Origin: Actinomycetes bacterium
GTDB lineage: Bacteria; Actinomycetota; Acidimicrobiia; Acidimicrobiales; Bog-793
Direction: 5' to 3'
NCBI GenBank assembly: GCA_021829645.1
Contig: JAKBPI010000002.1
Span: 83,568-147,567, forward strand
Length of the DNA stretch: 64,000 nucleotides
The notes under the pieces are model-generated. The model saw nothing but the letters and a program-made list of their open reading frames with translations. It was not told the origin of the DNA and searched no databases. The stretch's first letter is position 1. Each line of letters starts with the position of its first letter. The position numbers and the translations under genes were made by a program. Below are positions 47,859-58,327 of this stretch, one piece after another.

Positions 47859-48443
47859 GTGTCTTCTTGGAAGGGTTTGGAGTCACTGAGTCATAATTTC
47901 CTTACCGGTACCCTGGAAGGCTTTGTCAAATGGTCGCGCAAGTCAAGCATGTGGCCGGCCACCTTCGGATTAGCCTGCTGTGCCATAGAAATGATGGCCG
48001 CCGGAGCCGCCGACTTTGACTTAGCCAGATTCGGCATGGAAGTCTTTCGTCCCTCACCGAGGCAGTCAGACCTGATGATCGTAGCCGGCAGGGTTTCACA
48101 GAAGATGGCCCCGGTGCTCCGCCAGGTATACGATCAGATGGTGGAGCCAAAATGGGTAATTTCCATGGGTGTATGTGCTTCCACCGGCGGCATGTTCAAC
48201 AATTACGCCATAGTGCAGGGAGTGGATGAAATAGTTCCCGTGGATGTTTACGCTCCGGGTTGTCCTCCCGCCCCGGAAACGCTTATTCACGCCATTTTGA
48301 CTTTACATGAAAAAGTTATGACGGGGGAAATAACAAGAAGAAGGGACAAAACGGGAAGCGGAGCCGGAATAGATTTGGCCGAAGAGACACCGGGGTGGGT
48401 ACAGGCCTCTGCTACTCCCGTGAGAATCGGGACCCCCAAATAG
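47859..48443 (+). CDS. nuoB: NADH-quinone oxidoreductase subunit B
   Basis: [11 protein letters not shown] and GCPPAPE N2-cluster Cys motifs. GTG start after GGAGGAGG. Confidence 0.9.
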   Translation: MSSWKGLESLSHNFLTGTLEGFVKWSRKSSMWPATFGLACCAIEMMAAGAADFDLARFGMEVFRPSPRQSDLMIVAGRVSQKMAPVLRQVYDQMVEPKWVISMGVCASTGGMFNNYAIVQGVDEIVPVDVYAPGCPPAPETLIHAILTLHEKVMTGEITRRRDKTGSGAGIDLAEETPGWVQASATPVRIGTPK

Positions 48444-48466
48444 TGACTGACAATCGATTGGATAAT

Positions 48467-48979
48467 ATGTCGGAAAATACACAAACCCAAGACGAGCTCA
48501 TCACTTTGTTGGGTATTGACGGTTTGACCTTTACCTCGGACAACGTGATAACGTTTTTCCCAACCAGAGAGCAATATCATGATTTGGCGTTAAGGTTAAA
48601 AGAGCTTTCTTTTGTCACCTGTTCTGACCTGTGTTCAGCGGACTACCTGAGACACTTTGAGCGGCCCCTGCCGGTAGGGGTAACTCCGGAACGTTTTGAA
48701 GTCGTGGTGAATCTTTTATCCCTGTCTTTGCGCCGACGTGTAAAAATACGTGTACAGGTACCGGAGACGGATCCGAGTCTGGAAACGCTTTTCTATGTTT
48801 ATCCCGGAACGGAAAACATGGAAAGAGAAGTATATGACCTGATGGGGATCAACTTTGAAAACCACCCCGACATGACAAGGATTCTCATGCCAGAGGACTG
48901 GGAAGGACATCCCTTACGCAAAGACTATGCCGTAGGGAGAGTGCCGGTTCAGTTCAAAGAGGCCCCCGGTCCGAGATAG
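48467..48979 (+). CDS. nuoC: NADH-quinone oxidoreductase subunit C
   Basis: REVYDLMGINFENHPDMTRILMPEDWEGHPLRKDY. ATG 48467 chosen, 23 nt after the nuoB stop. Confidence 0.9.
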   Translation: MSENTQTQDELITLLGIDGLTFTSDNVITFFPTREQYHDLALRLKELSFVTCSDLCSADYLRHFERPLPVGVTPERFEVVVNLLSLSLRRRVKIRVQVPETDPSLETLFYVYPGTENMEREVYDLMGINFENHPDMTRILMPEDWEGHPLRKDYAVGRVPVQFKEAPGPR

Positions 48980-49046
48980 AAGGACTTTTAGAAAAAAGAA
49001 GTTTGTCAAAGTATTGTGCCAAAATATTATGAAGGAGAAAAAATAG

Positions 49047-50543
49047 TTGCCTGAAGACGATTACAGCGATTCGTCTGAGAACGATCCGTTCGCATCCGGC
49101 GTCGTCTTGGATGAAGAGGGTGACGGAGTGGACGGCGATAGCGTTGACACTGACCCTTTGAACGAAGAATTGCCGGAAGAGTACTCCGCTACCGACGAAG
49201 ATCCTTTATATGACGAAATCGATATCGAAATGGGCACATATGAAGGTGATCAGCAATTGGAGCCGGTGGCTGACACCTCGCCCATAGAACTTCTGATCGA
49301 GCAAGGCGCCGTATTGCGCCTGCCGGAATCTGCTGCTGTAGTGCTGGACCCCGATGAATCAGAAGCCAGTTTTGGTGAAGATGAAACCATGATCATTAAC
49401 CTGGGTCCGCAGCACCCCTCTACGCACGGTGTATTGCGAGTCATGCTGGAGTTGGAAGGGGAGACAGTAATCAGGTCGAAGCCGGTTATCGGTTACCTGC
49501 ATACCGGTATGGAAAAGACAGCCGAAGAACTTACTTATGTTCAGGGAGCTACGAATGTAACCAGGATGGATTATCTTTCTCCTTTGAACAACGAACTCGT
49601 TTGGTCTCTGGCGGTGGAAAGTTTGCTGGATATCGAGATGCCGCCCAGGGCTACCTGGATCAGGATGCTGATGTCTGAAATGAACAGGATATCCTCTCAT
49701 GTCATGTGGGCAGCCACTAACGGTATGGACTTAGCTTCCACGACGATGATGATTTTTGGTTTCAGGGAAAGAGAAATGGTGCTTTCGTTTTTCGAAAAAA
49801 CCACCGGACTCAGGATGAATCACAATTATATCCGTCCGGGCGGAGTGGCAGCAGATTTGCCGGACGGCTGGGAAGACGATATCTCCGTCATCATCGACAC
49901 CATTGCCTCCAGGCTTGACGACTATGATGAACTACTTACCGGACAGCCAATTTTCAGACAGAGGACCGAAGGGGTTGGCGTTATCAGCGCTGAGTTGGCC
50001 TTGGCACTTTCGGCCACCGGACCGGTGTTGAGGGCGGCTGGAGTTCCCTGGGACTTACGAAAAGACATGCCGTATTTGGCTTACGAAGAAGTGGATTTCG
50101 ATGTGGTGGTGGGAACGATCGGGGATACCTTTGACCGTTACGCCGTCAGACTCAATGAGATAAGGGAATCTATCAGAATTGTAAGACAGATTTTGGAAAA
50201 GATGCCTACCGGTGACTACAGGGTACAGGATCCCAAAGTCACTCCTCCGCCGAGGCGACGTATAGACGAATCGATGGAAGCCCTTATTCACCATTTCAAG
50301 ATTTTCACCAGAGGATTTGAACCAAAGGTAGGGGAAAGCTACGTAGCCGTCGAATCTCCGCGCGGTGAGTTAGGGTGCTATTTGGTGTCGGACGGATCAA
50401 ACAAGCCTTACCGGATGCACATCCGCGGACCAAGCTTTGTCAATTTACAAAGCGTGCCGGCACTGCTCAGAGGTTCTCTGCTGGCAGATACCATAGCAAT
50501 TTTGTCTTCGGTAGATCCGGTTTTGGGAGAAGTTGACAGGTGA
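49047..50543 (+). CDS. nuoD: NADH-quinone oxidoreductase subunit D with a highly acidic N-terminal extension
   Basis: NLGPQHPSTHGVLR and the C-terminal VDPVLGEVDR. TTG 49047 lies 9 nt after GAAGGAG. About 118 aa precede the GPQHPSTHG motif. Confidence 0.85.
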   Translation: MPEDDYSDSSENDPFASGVVLDEEGDGVDGDSVDTDPLNEELPEEYSATDEDPLYDEIDIEMGTYEGDQQLEPVADTSPIELLIEQGAVLRLPESAAVVLDPDESEASFGEDETMIINLGPQHPSTHGVLRVMLELEGETVIRSKPVIGYLHTGMEKTAEELTYVQGATNVTRMDYLSPLNNELVWSLAVESLLDIEMPPRATWIRMLMSEMNRISSHVMWAATNGMDLASTTMMIFGFREREMVLSFFEKTTGLRMNHNYIRPGGVAADLPDGWEDDISVIIDTIASRLDDYDELLTGQPIFRQRTEGVGVISAELALALSATGPVLRAAGVPWDLRKDMPYLAYEEVDFDVVVGTIGDTFDRYAVRLNEIRESIRIVRQILEKMPTGDYRVQDPKVTPPPRRRIDESMEALIHHFKIFTRGFEPKVGESYVAVESPRGELGCYLVSDGSNKPYRMHIRGPSFVNLQSVPALLRGSLLADTIAILSSVDPVLGEVDR

Positions 50544-51208
50544 GTAAAGATTCAATGAAACAAAACAACGACTATATGGAAAAAATGTTGGCAAGAAAAA
50601 CCCCCAGTACCGGCGGCGGCTTTTCTGCTGAGGGCATGAAGAGGGCAGAGGCTCTCATGGCTCTCTATCCGGTTAAGCGCTCAGCTCTCATCCCTATGTG
50701 TCATTTAGCTCAGGGCGAGCACGGCTGGTTAACCGAAGAGTGTATAGAAGAGATAGCGGCACTTGTCGGGGTATCACCAGCCGAGGTGAGCGGGACTGCC
50801 AGTTTTTATGACATGCTGCACTTAGAGCCGGTTGGACAGTACGTGATTTCGGTGTGCACTAACATCGCCTGTATGCTTGCCGGGGCTTACGAGCTCTTAG
50901 AAGCAGTTGAGGAAAGACTAGGTATCGCCTCGGGACAAACCGATAAAGACATGCGCTTTACCTTGGAGGAGGCGGAGTGTTTGGGTGCATGCGACACGGC
51001 CCCTTGTCTGCAGGTAAACTCCAGATTTTTCGGTCCGATGAACTCGGAATCCTTTGATAAACTCATAACCGATTTGGCCTCCGGGGCTTTGGCAGGTGTG
51101 GTACCGCCTCATGGGGTGCTTTCCAGAGTCGAACGGGTTTTTTCCCTAACGACAAAAGGCGCCACGGATGCAGCACAAATGGACACCACGGATGCGGGGC
51201 AAAAATAA
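50540..51208 (+). CDS. nuoE: NADH-quinone oxidoreductase subunit E
   Basis: 2Fe-2S Cys pattern VCTNIACMLAG ... ECLGACDTAPCLQVN. Confidence 0.9.
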   Translation: MSKDSMKQNNDYMEKMLARKTPSTGGGFSAEGMKRAEALMALYPVKRSALIPMCHLAQGEHGWLTEECIEEIAALVGVSPAEVSGTASFYDMLHLEPVGQYVISVCTNIACMLAGAYELLEAVEERLGIASGQTDKDMRFTLEEAECLGACDTAPCLQVNSRFFGPMNSESFDKLITDLASGALAGVVPPHGVLSRVERVFSLTTKGATDAAQMDTTDAGQK

Positions 51209-51209
51209 T

Positions 51210-52535
51210 ATGCTGAATGAACCTATCGTCACAAAAAGAATGGGATTTGAAGATTCCTATACTTTGGAAAGATACCTGGCCACCGGAGGTTACGAAGGTC
51301 TGAGAAAAGCTCTTTCTATGACAAGAGAACAGGTAAAAGAAGAAGTCAACAAAGCCAGCCTTCTGGGTCGAGGCGGAGCCGGTTTCCCGGCGGGCAGAAA
51401 GTGGTCGATGCTGCGCCAAGCTCCTACTTCTTACTTGGTCATCAACGGAGACGAAAGCGAACCGGCCACGTTTAAAGATCACCTTTTGGTAGAAAGAGAT
51501 CCCCATCAGCTCATCGAGGGGACGATGATCGCCGCTTATGCCTTGGGTGTTTCGCAGGCTTTTATTTTTACCAGAGGTGAATTTGCTCTGGGGATAGAGC
51601 GCTTGACGGCCGCCTGCAATGAGGCTTATGAATACAATGCCGTGGGAAAAAACATTTTCGGCAGCGATTTCTCAGTCGACTTAGTGATACACCCGGGTGC
51701 CGGTGCTTATATCTGTGGTGAAGAAACCTCTCTTATAGAATCCCTGGAAGGCAACAGAGGATTTCCTAGAATCAAACCTCCTTTTTTCCCAGCCGTGACC
51801 GGTCTTTATGGTGAGCCGACTGTTGTGAACAACGTGGAGACCATGTCCAATTTGCCTTGGATAGTTTTGAACGGCGGGGACGCTTTTGCCGCCTTGGGGC
51901 AGGGATCTTCAGCCGGAACCAGACTTTTTGCCCTCTCGGGCAGAGTCAACAGGCCGGGTTGGTATGAATTGGAAATGTCTAAAACCACGTTCAGAGATCT
52001 GATTTATGACAAAGACCTCGGCGGCGGAATAATAGGAGACAAAAAAATCAAAGCTTTTATTCCCGGCGGGGTTTCTGCCCCCTGGTTTTTTGAAGAGCAT
52101 TTAGACATGGGTCTCGATCAGGATGCCGTGGCAAAAGCCGGATCCATGCTTGGTTCCGGTTCCGTTGTGGTCATGGACGAGACGACCTGTGTCGTACGGG
52201 CTTCTTGGCGCATTACCAGATTTTTTCATCGGGAATCCTGCGGGCAGTGCACTCCGTGTCGGGAAGGGTCAGGTTGGCTGGAAAAAATTATGCGCAGAAT
52301 TGAGGAAGGGTCGGGCAGACCGGAAGATCTCGATTTGCTGATGGATGTCTGTGATTCCATAGCCCCAGGGGTTACCTGGCCGCCGCAGCAGACTACTATT
52401 TGCGTATTGGGTCCGTCTATTCCGAGCTCCATAGCTTCTGCCATACGTCACTTACGAGATGAGTTTTTGGAGCACATTAAACTGGGGCACTGCCCGTATG
52501 AGAAAGATCACATTTTGACCGGAGCCGCGCGATGA
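51210..52535 (+). CDS. nuoF: NADH-quinone oxidoreductase subunit F
   Basis: GRGGAGFPAGRKW (FMN/NADH site) and ESCGQCTPCREG (N3 cluster). ATG 51210 lies 2 nt after the nuoE stop. Confidence 0.95.
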   Translation: MLNEPIVTKRMGFEDSYTLERYLATGGYEGLRKALSMTREQVKEEVNKASLLGRGGAGFPAGRKWSMLRQAPTSYLVINGDESEPATFKDHLLVERDPHQLIEGTMIAAYALGVSQAFIFTRGEFALGIERLTAACNEAYEYNAVGKNIFGSDFSVDLVIHPGAGAYICGEETSLIESLEGNRGFPRIKPPFFPAVTGLYGEPTVVNNVETMSNLPWIVLNGGDAFAALGQGSSAGTRLFALSGRVNRPGWYELEMSKTTFRDLIYDKDLGGGIIGDKKIKAFIPGGVSAPWFFEEHLDMGLDQDAVAKAGSMLGSGSVVVMDETTCVVRASWRITRFFHRESCGQCTPCREGSGWLEKIMRRIEEGSGRPEDLDLLMDVCDSIAPGVTWPPQQTTICVLGPSIPSSIASAIRHLRDEFLEHIKLGHCPYEKDHILTGAAR

Positions 52536-55342
52536 CCGATACAGTTCACACTCAAAATCAAGCCGAGGAGGAAGAGAGGGACAATACTGTCAATATAGTT
52601 ATTGACGGCGTTGCCATCAAAGCAAACGAAGGGGAGCTTTTGATAGAAGCTGCCGAGCGTAACGGTATTTTTATACCGAGATTTTGCTACCACCCCCATA
52701 TGGAGCCGGTGGGAATGTGTCGTATGTGTCTTGTCGAGGTTTCTGGCCCCCGCGGCTTTGCTCTCCAGCCGGCGTGCTATCTAAAAGTACAAGAAAATAT
52801 GGAGGTAATGGCCTCTTCCGATAAAGCCAAAAGAGCCCAAGAAGGCGTGTTGGAACTGTTGCTTATCAATCATCCCCTCGACTGTCCGGTGTGTGACAAA
52901 GGAGGTGAATGTCCTCTCCAAGATCAGACCATGTCATACGGACCCGGTGAATCCCGCTTTATCGAGGAAAAAAGACACTTTGATAAACCCATTGAGTTGG
53001 GTCCTCTTACGTATTTAGACCGCGAGCGCTGCATCCAATGTGCCAGATGTACCAGGTTTGCCGCAGAAGTGGCCGGAGAACCGCAGATTGATTTTGCCGG
53101 CCGTGGCGACATGACCATGGTGGCAACTTCGCCAACCCGTCCGTTCGACTCTTATTTCAGCGGCAATACTGTTCAGATATGTCCCGTGGGGGCTCTGACA
53201 GCCAAAGCCTATCGCTTCAAGTCGCGACCATGGGACTTGGAACAGGCGGAAACCACCTGCACGCTCTGCTCTGTGGGATGCAGAGAAGTGGCTCAGTCTT
53301 CCGCCGGAGAATTGGTTCGCTATCTTGGTGTCGATAACCTAACCCTCAATCAAAGCTGGCTCTGCGACAAAGGACGCTACAGCTTCGAAGCTGTAAAAAA
53401 TGGTCGTGTCCTTACGCCATTGGCAAGACACGAAGGTGTCTTGGAGGAAGTAAGGTGGGCAGATGCTTTGGCTGACATTACAGCCGGCATCCGTGCCGGC
53501 CTTGCCAAAGGTGGCGGTGATCAGATAGCCGTCTTGGGCGGAGCCAAGTTTACCAACGAAGACAATTACATGTGGGCCAGACTCGCCAAAGGGGTATTTG
53601 GCAGTGAATTGGTGGATGCACAGTTGGGCGACGGTTTTAACGCAGAGTTAGCTCTGGCATTGCCGAGAGCCGGTATAGAAGAGACGGTAAACGCTAGGAC
53701 GGTGGTGCTCATAGCCGGGGATCTGAAAGAAGAGTTGCCTGTACTGTACTTACGCCTTTATCAGAATCTGGCCAAAGGCAAGACTAAGTTGATAGAGATC
53801 TCTCCGACTCATACTTCTCTGTCGGACCTAGCCAAAATAAAGCTTTCTCCGAGACCGGGTGAATTGTTTTCCATAACCGAAGACATTTTTGATGTCACAA
53901 AGAATTCTGTGGGATCTCTAAAAGACGAAAGCGTGATTTCATCTATTCGTCAATTCTTAGACGTAAGAGAGGAAACTTCTGCCGACGACGGTGAAGGTAT
54001 AGTATTTGTTGTCGGCAACGCCAACTTAGCTGAAGCTCCTATCTATCTCGAAGAGTCTCTCAAGTTAATTGCCGCCAAACTTCCTAAAGCCAAGTTTTTA
54101 CCTGCTCTGAGACGCGGTAATATTTTTGGGGCTCTTGACATGGGCCTTGGACCGAATTTGTTGCCCGGCAGGATAAATAAAGACCGGGGCGATTTCTTCA
54201 GAAGAACATGGGGGACTTTGCCGGCTTCACCGGGGATCGGGACGCCAGAAATTCTCGCTAAATGTGCAGCGGGAGAGGTATCTGTTCTGGTTCTTCTTGG
54301 GGCAGATCCGTTGTCTGACTTTGTTGACCAGGCACTAGTGCAAAAAGCTTTTGAAAACACGCCTTTTATAATCTCTTTGGCCAGCCATATGGATCCGTCG
54401 GCGACTTCAGCCGACGTTGTGCTGCCGGTACCATATATGGGCGAGACAGCCGGTACGGTTACTAACTTGGAAGGCAGGGTTTCGGTACTCGGTCAAAAAG
54501 TTACGCCGCCCGCCTTGGCCAGACAGCCTTGGCTGATTGCCGCCGACATAGCCAGATTACTAGAAGAAGATTTTGGTTTATACACTCTTGAAGAGGTATC
54601 ACAGGAAATTGCCGATACCGTCTCTCTGTACAGAGGGGTATCTCTTGCTTCCCTCAAGCGCTTTGGCGGAGACGGAGTGTTTGTGCCGGTAAAGGCTGCG
54701 AAAGTCAAGATCGCTTCTTCGACGAAGTCCATTTTTGATCCAATAGCCGTTCCCGGAATAGCTTCTGTCGAAGAGCAGGGAGCACCCATCAAGACAGGCT
54801 CAGCTAAACCGATAGCGCTGCAAGACGGCAACACGAAAGATTCTTCTGCCGAGGCTTTGGCAAAGGGAGACGCCCGGTTGATTTCCCTTGCTGACGTAAC
54901 TTCTGCAACCAGGCATGCAGGAGGACTTGATGTGATAGCAGAACCTAAGTCTGACAAGTACAGTCTCAGACTTATTCTGCAAAGAGACCTCTACGACGCC
55001 GGAAGCACTCTCGTCAACTGTCCCACATTGGCATCTTTGGGAGGAGTACAAGAAATTCTCCTCGCACCAAGTGCGGCAAGCGGTTTTGGCTTACAAAATG
55101 GCTCGCCGGTCAATGTGACGGGAAGAGGGCAGATGATTGAAGCACAAGTCAAGATAGACAAGTCGCTGTCTCCCGGCTTGGCTGTTTTGAAAGTAAATAA
55201 AAGCAAGGCGAATGATATCTTTTCCGCCGATGTTTCAGACGGTATTGCTTCGGGGCGAGCCGAACTTTTGGTAGACGCTTCTGCCTTGGTCACCGATATA
55301 CGCCTTGAAACCAAGCACGATAAGAAGAAGGAGTTAGGGTAA
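52532..55342 (+). CDS. nuoG: NADH-quinone oxidoreductase subunit G (long form, 936 aa)
   Basis: N-terminal 2Fe-2S and 4Fe-4S motifs (CYHPHMEPVGMCRMCLVEV, HPLDCPVCDKGGECPLQD, CIQCARCTRF, CPVGALT) followed by a molybdopterin-oxidoreductase-like region. Confidence 0.95.
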   Translation: MTDTVHTQNQAEEEERDNTVNIVIDGVAIKANEGELLIEAAERNGIFIPRFCYHPHMEPVGMCRMCLVEVSGPRGFALQPACYLKVQENMEVMASSDKAKRAQEGVLELLLINHPLDCPVCDKGGECPLQDQTMSYGPGESRFIEEKRHFDKPIELGPLTYLDRERCIQCARCTRFAAEVAGEPQIDFAGRGDMTMVATSPTRPFDSYFSGNTVQICPVGALTAKAYRFKSRPWDLEQAETTCTLCSVGCREVAQSSAGELVRYLGVDNLTLNQSWLCDKGRYSFEAVKNGRVLTPLARHEGVLEEVRWADALADITAGIRAGLAKGGGDQIAVLGGAKFTNEDNYMWARLAKGVFGSELVDAQLGDGFNAELALALPRAGIEETVNARTVVLIAGDLKEELPVLYLRLYQNLAKGKTKLIEISPTHTSLSDLAKIKLSPRPGELFSITEDIFDVTKNSVGSLKDESVISSIRQFLDVREETSADDGEGIVFVVGNANLAEAPIYLEESLKLIAAKLPKAKFLPALRRGNIFGALDMGLGPNLLPGRINKDRGDFFRRTWGTLPASPGIGTPEILAKCAAGEVSVLVLLGADPLSDFVDQALVQKAFENTPFIISLASHMDPSATSADVVLPVPYMGETAGTVTNLEGRVSVLGQKVTPPALARQPWLIAADIARLLEEDFGLYTLEEVSQEIADTVSLYRGVSLASLKRFGGDGVFVPVKAAKVKIASSTKSIFDPIAVPGIASVEEQGAPIKTGSAKPIALQDGNTKDSSAEALAKGDARLISLADVTSATRHAGGLDVIAEPKSDKYSLRLILQRDLYDAGSTLVNCPTLASLGGVQEILLAPSAASGFGLQNGSPVNVTGRGQMIEAQVKIDKSLSPGLAVLKVNKSKANDIFSADVSDGIASGRAELLVDASALVTDIRLETKHDKKKELG

Positions 55343-56595
55343 TGCCTGTATTGGCTACAGCAGATTTAGGTGACCCACTTTTTTCCCATGGATTCGGACT
55401 GGCTGTTTTTGTCATCATCTTGGTAAAAGTTTTGGTGGCTTTTGGGGCCCTTTTGGTGTCAGTGATGCTGATGATTTGGTTTGAACGCAAAGTTATCTCT
55501 GACATGCAAAACCGTATAGGACCTAACCGGGCCGGACCCTTTGGTCTGTTGCAGACGTTGGCAGATGGTACAAAGTTATTTTTCAAAGAAGACCTTTTGC
55601 CGAACAGGGCAGATAAGTTTGTGTTCAGGTTGGCGCCGCTTTTGTCTTTGGTCCCGGCCTTTTTGATGTTTGCCATCGTGCCGGTAGGCGGAGTGGTGGA
55701 CATAGCCAATCACGTCGTGGAATTGCAAGTGGCAGATCCGCCAATAGGAATCCTGTTCATGTTGCTCGTTTCATCCATAGGCGTATACGGTGTCATGCTG
55801 GCAGGGTGGGCTTCCGGTTCTAAGTATCCGCTACTGGGTTCGATAAGAGCCTCGGCACAGATGATCTCTTACGAGGCCGCCATGGGTCTTTCTGTAGTGA
55901 TAGTGATTTTGGAATCCCATGCCCTTTCTACACGGGCCATTGTTGCCAGCCAAGCTCAGCATTTTTGGCAGTGGAATGTATTGCGACTGGGCATAGTACC
56001 TTTTGTGATATTTTTTATCGCTTCTACGGCGGAGTTAAACAGACCTCCTTTTGACTTGGCAGAAGGAGAGTCAGAACTTGGCGGAGGCTTCCACACCGAA
56101 TACTCCTCCATACGTTTTGCTCTCTTCTTTTTGGCTGAGTTTATGAATACCATCACGATGTCGGCCATCGTGGTGACGCTGTTTTTCGGTGGTCCGGACG
56201 GACCGGGATTTCACGTCCTGCCTTGGTTATGGCCGATTCTTTGGTTCTTGGGCAAAACAACCGTTTTTTGCTATATCCAAGTCTGGATAAGGGCATCTCT
56301 GCCTAGAATGCGCTATGACCAGTTGATGAACTTGGGGTGGAAGCAACTCATACCGCTCTCCCTTGTCTGGTTGTTGATCGTTGCCGCCATGATGTACAGC
56401 GTTGCTTGGGGATTTGCTGTAGCAGTAGGTTCAATAGTGGCGTTTTTATTGATTACGAGGGCCGGCAGGGTATCTGCTTATAGGCGTAAGGAAGCTGAGA
56501 AATCGCTTCCGGTCGGCAGAGCGGTTTCTCTGCAGGGTCCCACTGGTTTGGTGACGGGTGAGAGCGTCGCCCCTTATGAGGAAACGAAGGGTTAA
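55342..56595 (+). CDS. nuoH: NADH-quinone oxidoreductase subunit H
   Basis: WFERKVISDMQNRIGPNRAGPFGLLQ and AESELGGGFHTEYS-like (GESELGGGFHTEYS) motifs. Confidence 0.95.
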   Translation: MPVLATADLGDPLFSHGFGLAVFVIILVKVLVAFGALLVSVMLMIWFERKVISDMQNRIGPNRAGPFGLLQTLADGTKLFFKEDLLPNRADKFVFRLAPLLSLVPAFLMFAIVPVGGVVDIANHVVELQVADPPIGILFMLLVSSIGVYGVMLAGWASGSKYPLLGSIRASAQMISYEAAMGLSVVIVILESHALSTRAIVASQAQHFWQWNVLRLGIVPFVIFFIASTAELNRPPFDLAEGESELGGGFHTEYSSIRFALFFLAEFMNTITMSAIVVTLFFGGPDGPGFHVLPWLWPILWFLGKTTVFCYIQVWIRASLPRMRYDQLMNLGWKQLIPLSLVWLLIVAAMMYSVAWGFAVAVGSIVAFLLITRAGRVSAYRRKEAEKSLPVGRAVSLQGPTGLVTGESVAPYEETKG

Positions 56596-56597
56596 TC

Positions 56598-57290
56598 ATG
56601 GGTGTATCGGACGGTTTGAAATTTTTTGGTGGATTCAAACAAAGCATTAAACAGGTTGCTGAGCCCAGAGTCACCACGCAGTATCCAAAGGAGAAAGCTC
56701 CCAAGCCACCGCGTCTACATGGCAGACACGTGTTGAATCGCTATGAAGACGGTTTGGAAAAATGTATAGGATGTGAACTATGCGCGGCCGTCTGTCCCGC
56801 TGACTGTATTTATGTGCGCGGTGCAGACAACGACTTGGATACTCCGACATCTCCAGGAGAGCGTTACGGATATGTCTATGAAATCAATTATTTGCGCTGT
56901 ATACACTGCGATCTTTGCGTAGAAGCCTGCCCTACGGAGGCTATAACGGAAAGCAAAATGTTTGAGTTTTCTTTCACCTCGAGAGCCGATGCCATCTATA
57001 CCAAAAAAGAACTTGTTGTAGATGATGAAGGCCGTCCGCAGCATATGCCTTGGGAGGACTGGAGATCAGAAGACGAGTTGCACACCTCGGGATGGATGCG
57101 GGCGACTTCTCCGGCCGGAAACGCCGCCATGGAAGGCGAAGTCCAATGGTCAGCCGAGCTTGGCTATGGGACAAGATATCCAGAAGGCGGACAAAGCGAG
57201 AAACGCAACGACGAACTGACGGGAAACATATCCATTAGGGAAGTGGAAAAGAAGAAAATATCTATTAAGCTGGGGGGTAAAGTACGCTGA
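56598..57290 (+). CDS. nuoI: NADH-quinone oxidoreductase subunit I
   Basis: Two ferredoxin motifs, CIGCELCAAVCP and CIHCDLCVEACP. Confidence 0.95.
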   Translation: MGVSDGLKFFGGFKQSIKQVAEPRVTTQYPKEKAPKPPRLHGRHVLNRYEDGLEKCIGCELCAAVCPADCIYVRGADNDLDTPTSPGERYGYVYEINYLRCIHCDLCVEACPTEAITESKMFEFSFTSRADAIYTKKELVVDDEGRPQHMPWEDWRSEDELHTSGWMRATSPAGNAAMEGEVQWSAELGYGTRYPEGGQSEKRNDELTGNISIREVEKKKISIKLGGKVR

Positions 57291-58018
57291 TGGGCGCATA
57301 TACTTTAGTTGCAGCCATATCTTCTCACCCCACTATTCCTGACATAATAACGTTTGTGATAGCAGCCTTGGCTGCGCTGGTGGGAGCAATGGGGGTCGTA
57401 TTTACTCGTAATCCGGTACATTCCGCTCTCATGTTAGTAGCGACACTTTTTTCTGTTGCCGTATTGTTTGTAGAGCAAAATGCACAATTTTTGGCCGCCG
57501 TCCAGGTGATCGTCTATACAGGGGCAATAGTGGTACTTATTTTGTTTGTGATAATGCTACTTGGTGTAGACAGAAGAGAAGTCGGTATTATCGATGCCTT
57601 CAGGGGTCAGCAATACTATGCGGTGCTCTTGGGTCTGCTCATACTGCTAGAAGTTCTCTTGCTATCCAAAAGCAATTCTTGGATTACCGGGGCACATTCG
57701 ACGACAAAAGCGATTTCTTCTTCATCCTCCAACGTCTCCCAGTTGGGTCAAACACTTTTTACGACGTATCTGATACCTTTTGAAGCAACTTCGGCCCTTT
57801 TGGTTGTCGCCGTAATAGGAGCAGTGGTATTAGCCAGGAGGCCAAGGCAAAAAGACGGGCAAAGTCTTGGAGGACAAAGCGAATTGCAGGGAGACAGTCC
57901 TGAGGGTTCCCATGACGAGGAAGACACTTCTGTACTTGTCTCAGGCGGAGAAGAAAACCTTACCTCTGCAGAGATGGCCGTAACGGGAGCCGGTAGCGAA
58001 TCGGAGGTGAAAGAATGA
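57290..58018 (+). CDS. nuoJ: NADH-quinone oxidoreductase subunit J
   Basis: Position in the operon, hydrophobic profile and the [10 protein letters not shown] motif. Acidic/Ser-rich C-terminal tail. Confidence 0.85.
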   Translation: MGAYTLVAAISSHPTIPDIITFVIAALAALVGAMGVVFTRNPVHSALMLVATLFSVAVLFVEQNAQFLAAVQVIVYTGAIVVLILFVIMLLGVDRREVGIIDAFRGQQYYAVLLGLLILLEVLLLSKSNSWITGAHSTTKAISSSSSNVSQLGQTLFTTYLIPFEATSALLVVAVIGAVVLARRPRQKDGQSLGGQSELQGDSPEGSHDEEDTSVLVSGGEENLTSAEMAVTGAGSESEVKE

Positions 58019-58320
58019 GTATAGCCCCCTCGTGGTACTTGACTTTGGCCGCCATGCTGTTCAGCATTGGGGTAATAGGCCTTTTGATAAGGCGAAATGT
58101 ATTGGTGATGTTGATGTGCGTAGAGTTAATGCTGAACGCCGCCAATTTGACTTTCGTGACTTATTCAAGAGCTTTGAACGACATTTCCGGTCAGGCTGCC
58201 GTATTTTTTGTGTTGGTAGTGGCGGCAGCGGAAGTTGTCGTGGGGCTTGGTATCATAGTCGCTATTTTCAGAAGAAAAACCGGCGCGACAGCCGACGACG
58301 TACATCTACTAAAGGACTAA
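58015..58320 (+). CDS. nuoK: NADH-quinone oxidoreductase subunit K
   Basis: 101 aa, three TM segments, [11 protein letters not shown] and [11 protein letters not shown] motifs. Confidence 0.9.
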   Translation: MSIAPSWYLTLAAMLFSIGVIGLLIRRNVLVMLMCVELMLNAANLTFVTYSRALNDISGQAAVFFVLVVAAAEVVVGLGIIVAIFRRKTGATADDVHLLKD

Positions 58321-58327
58321 GGGTTAT

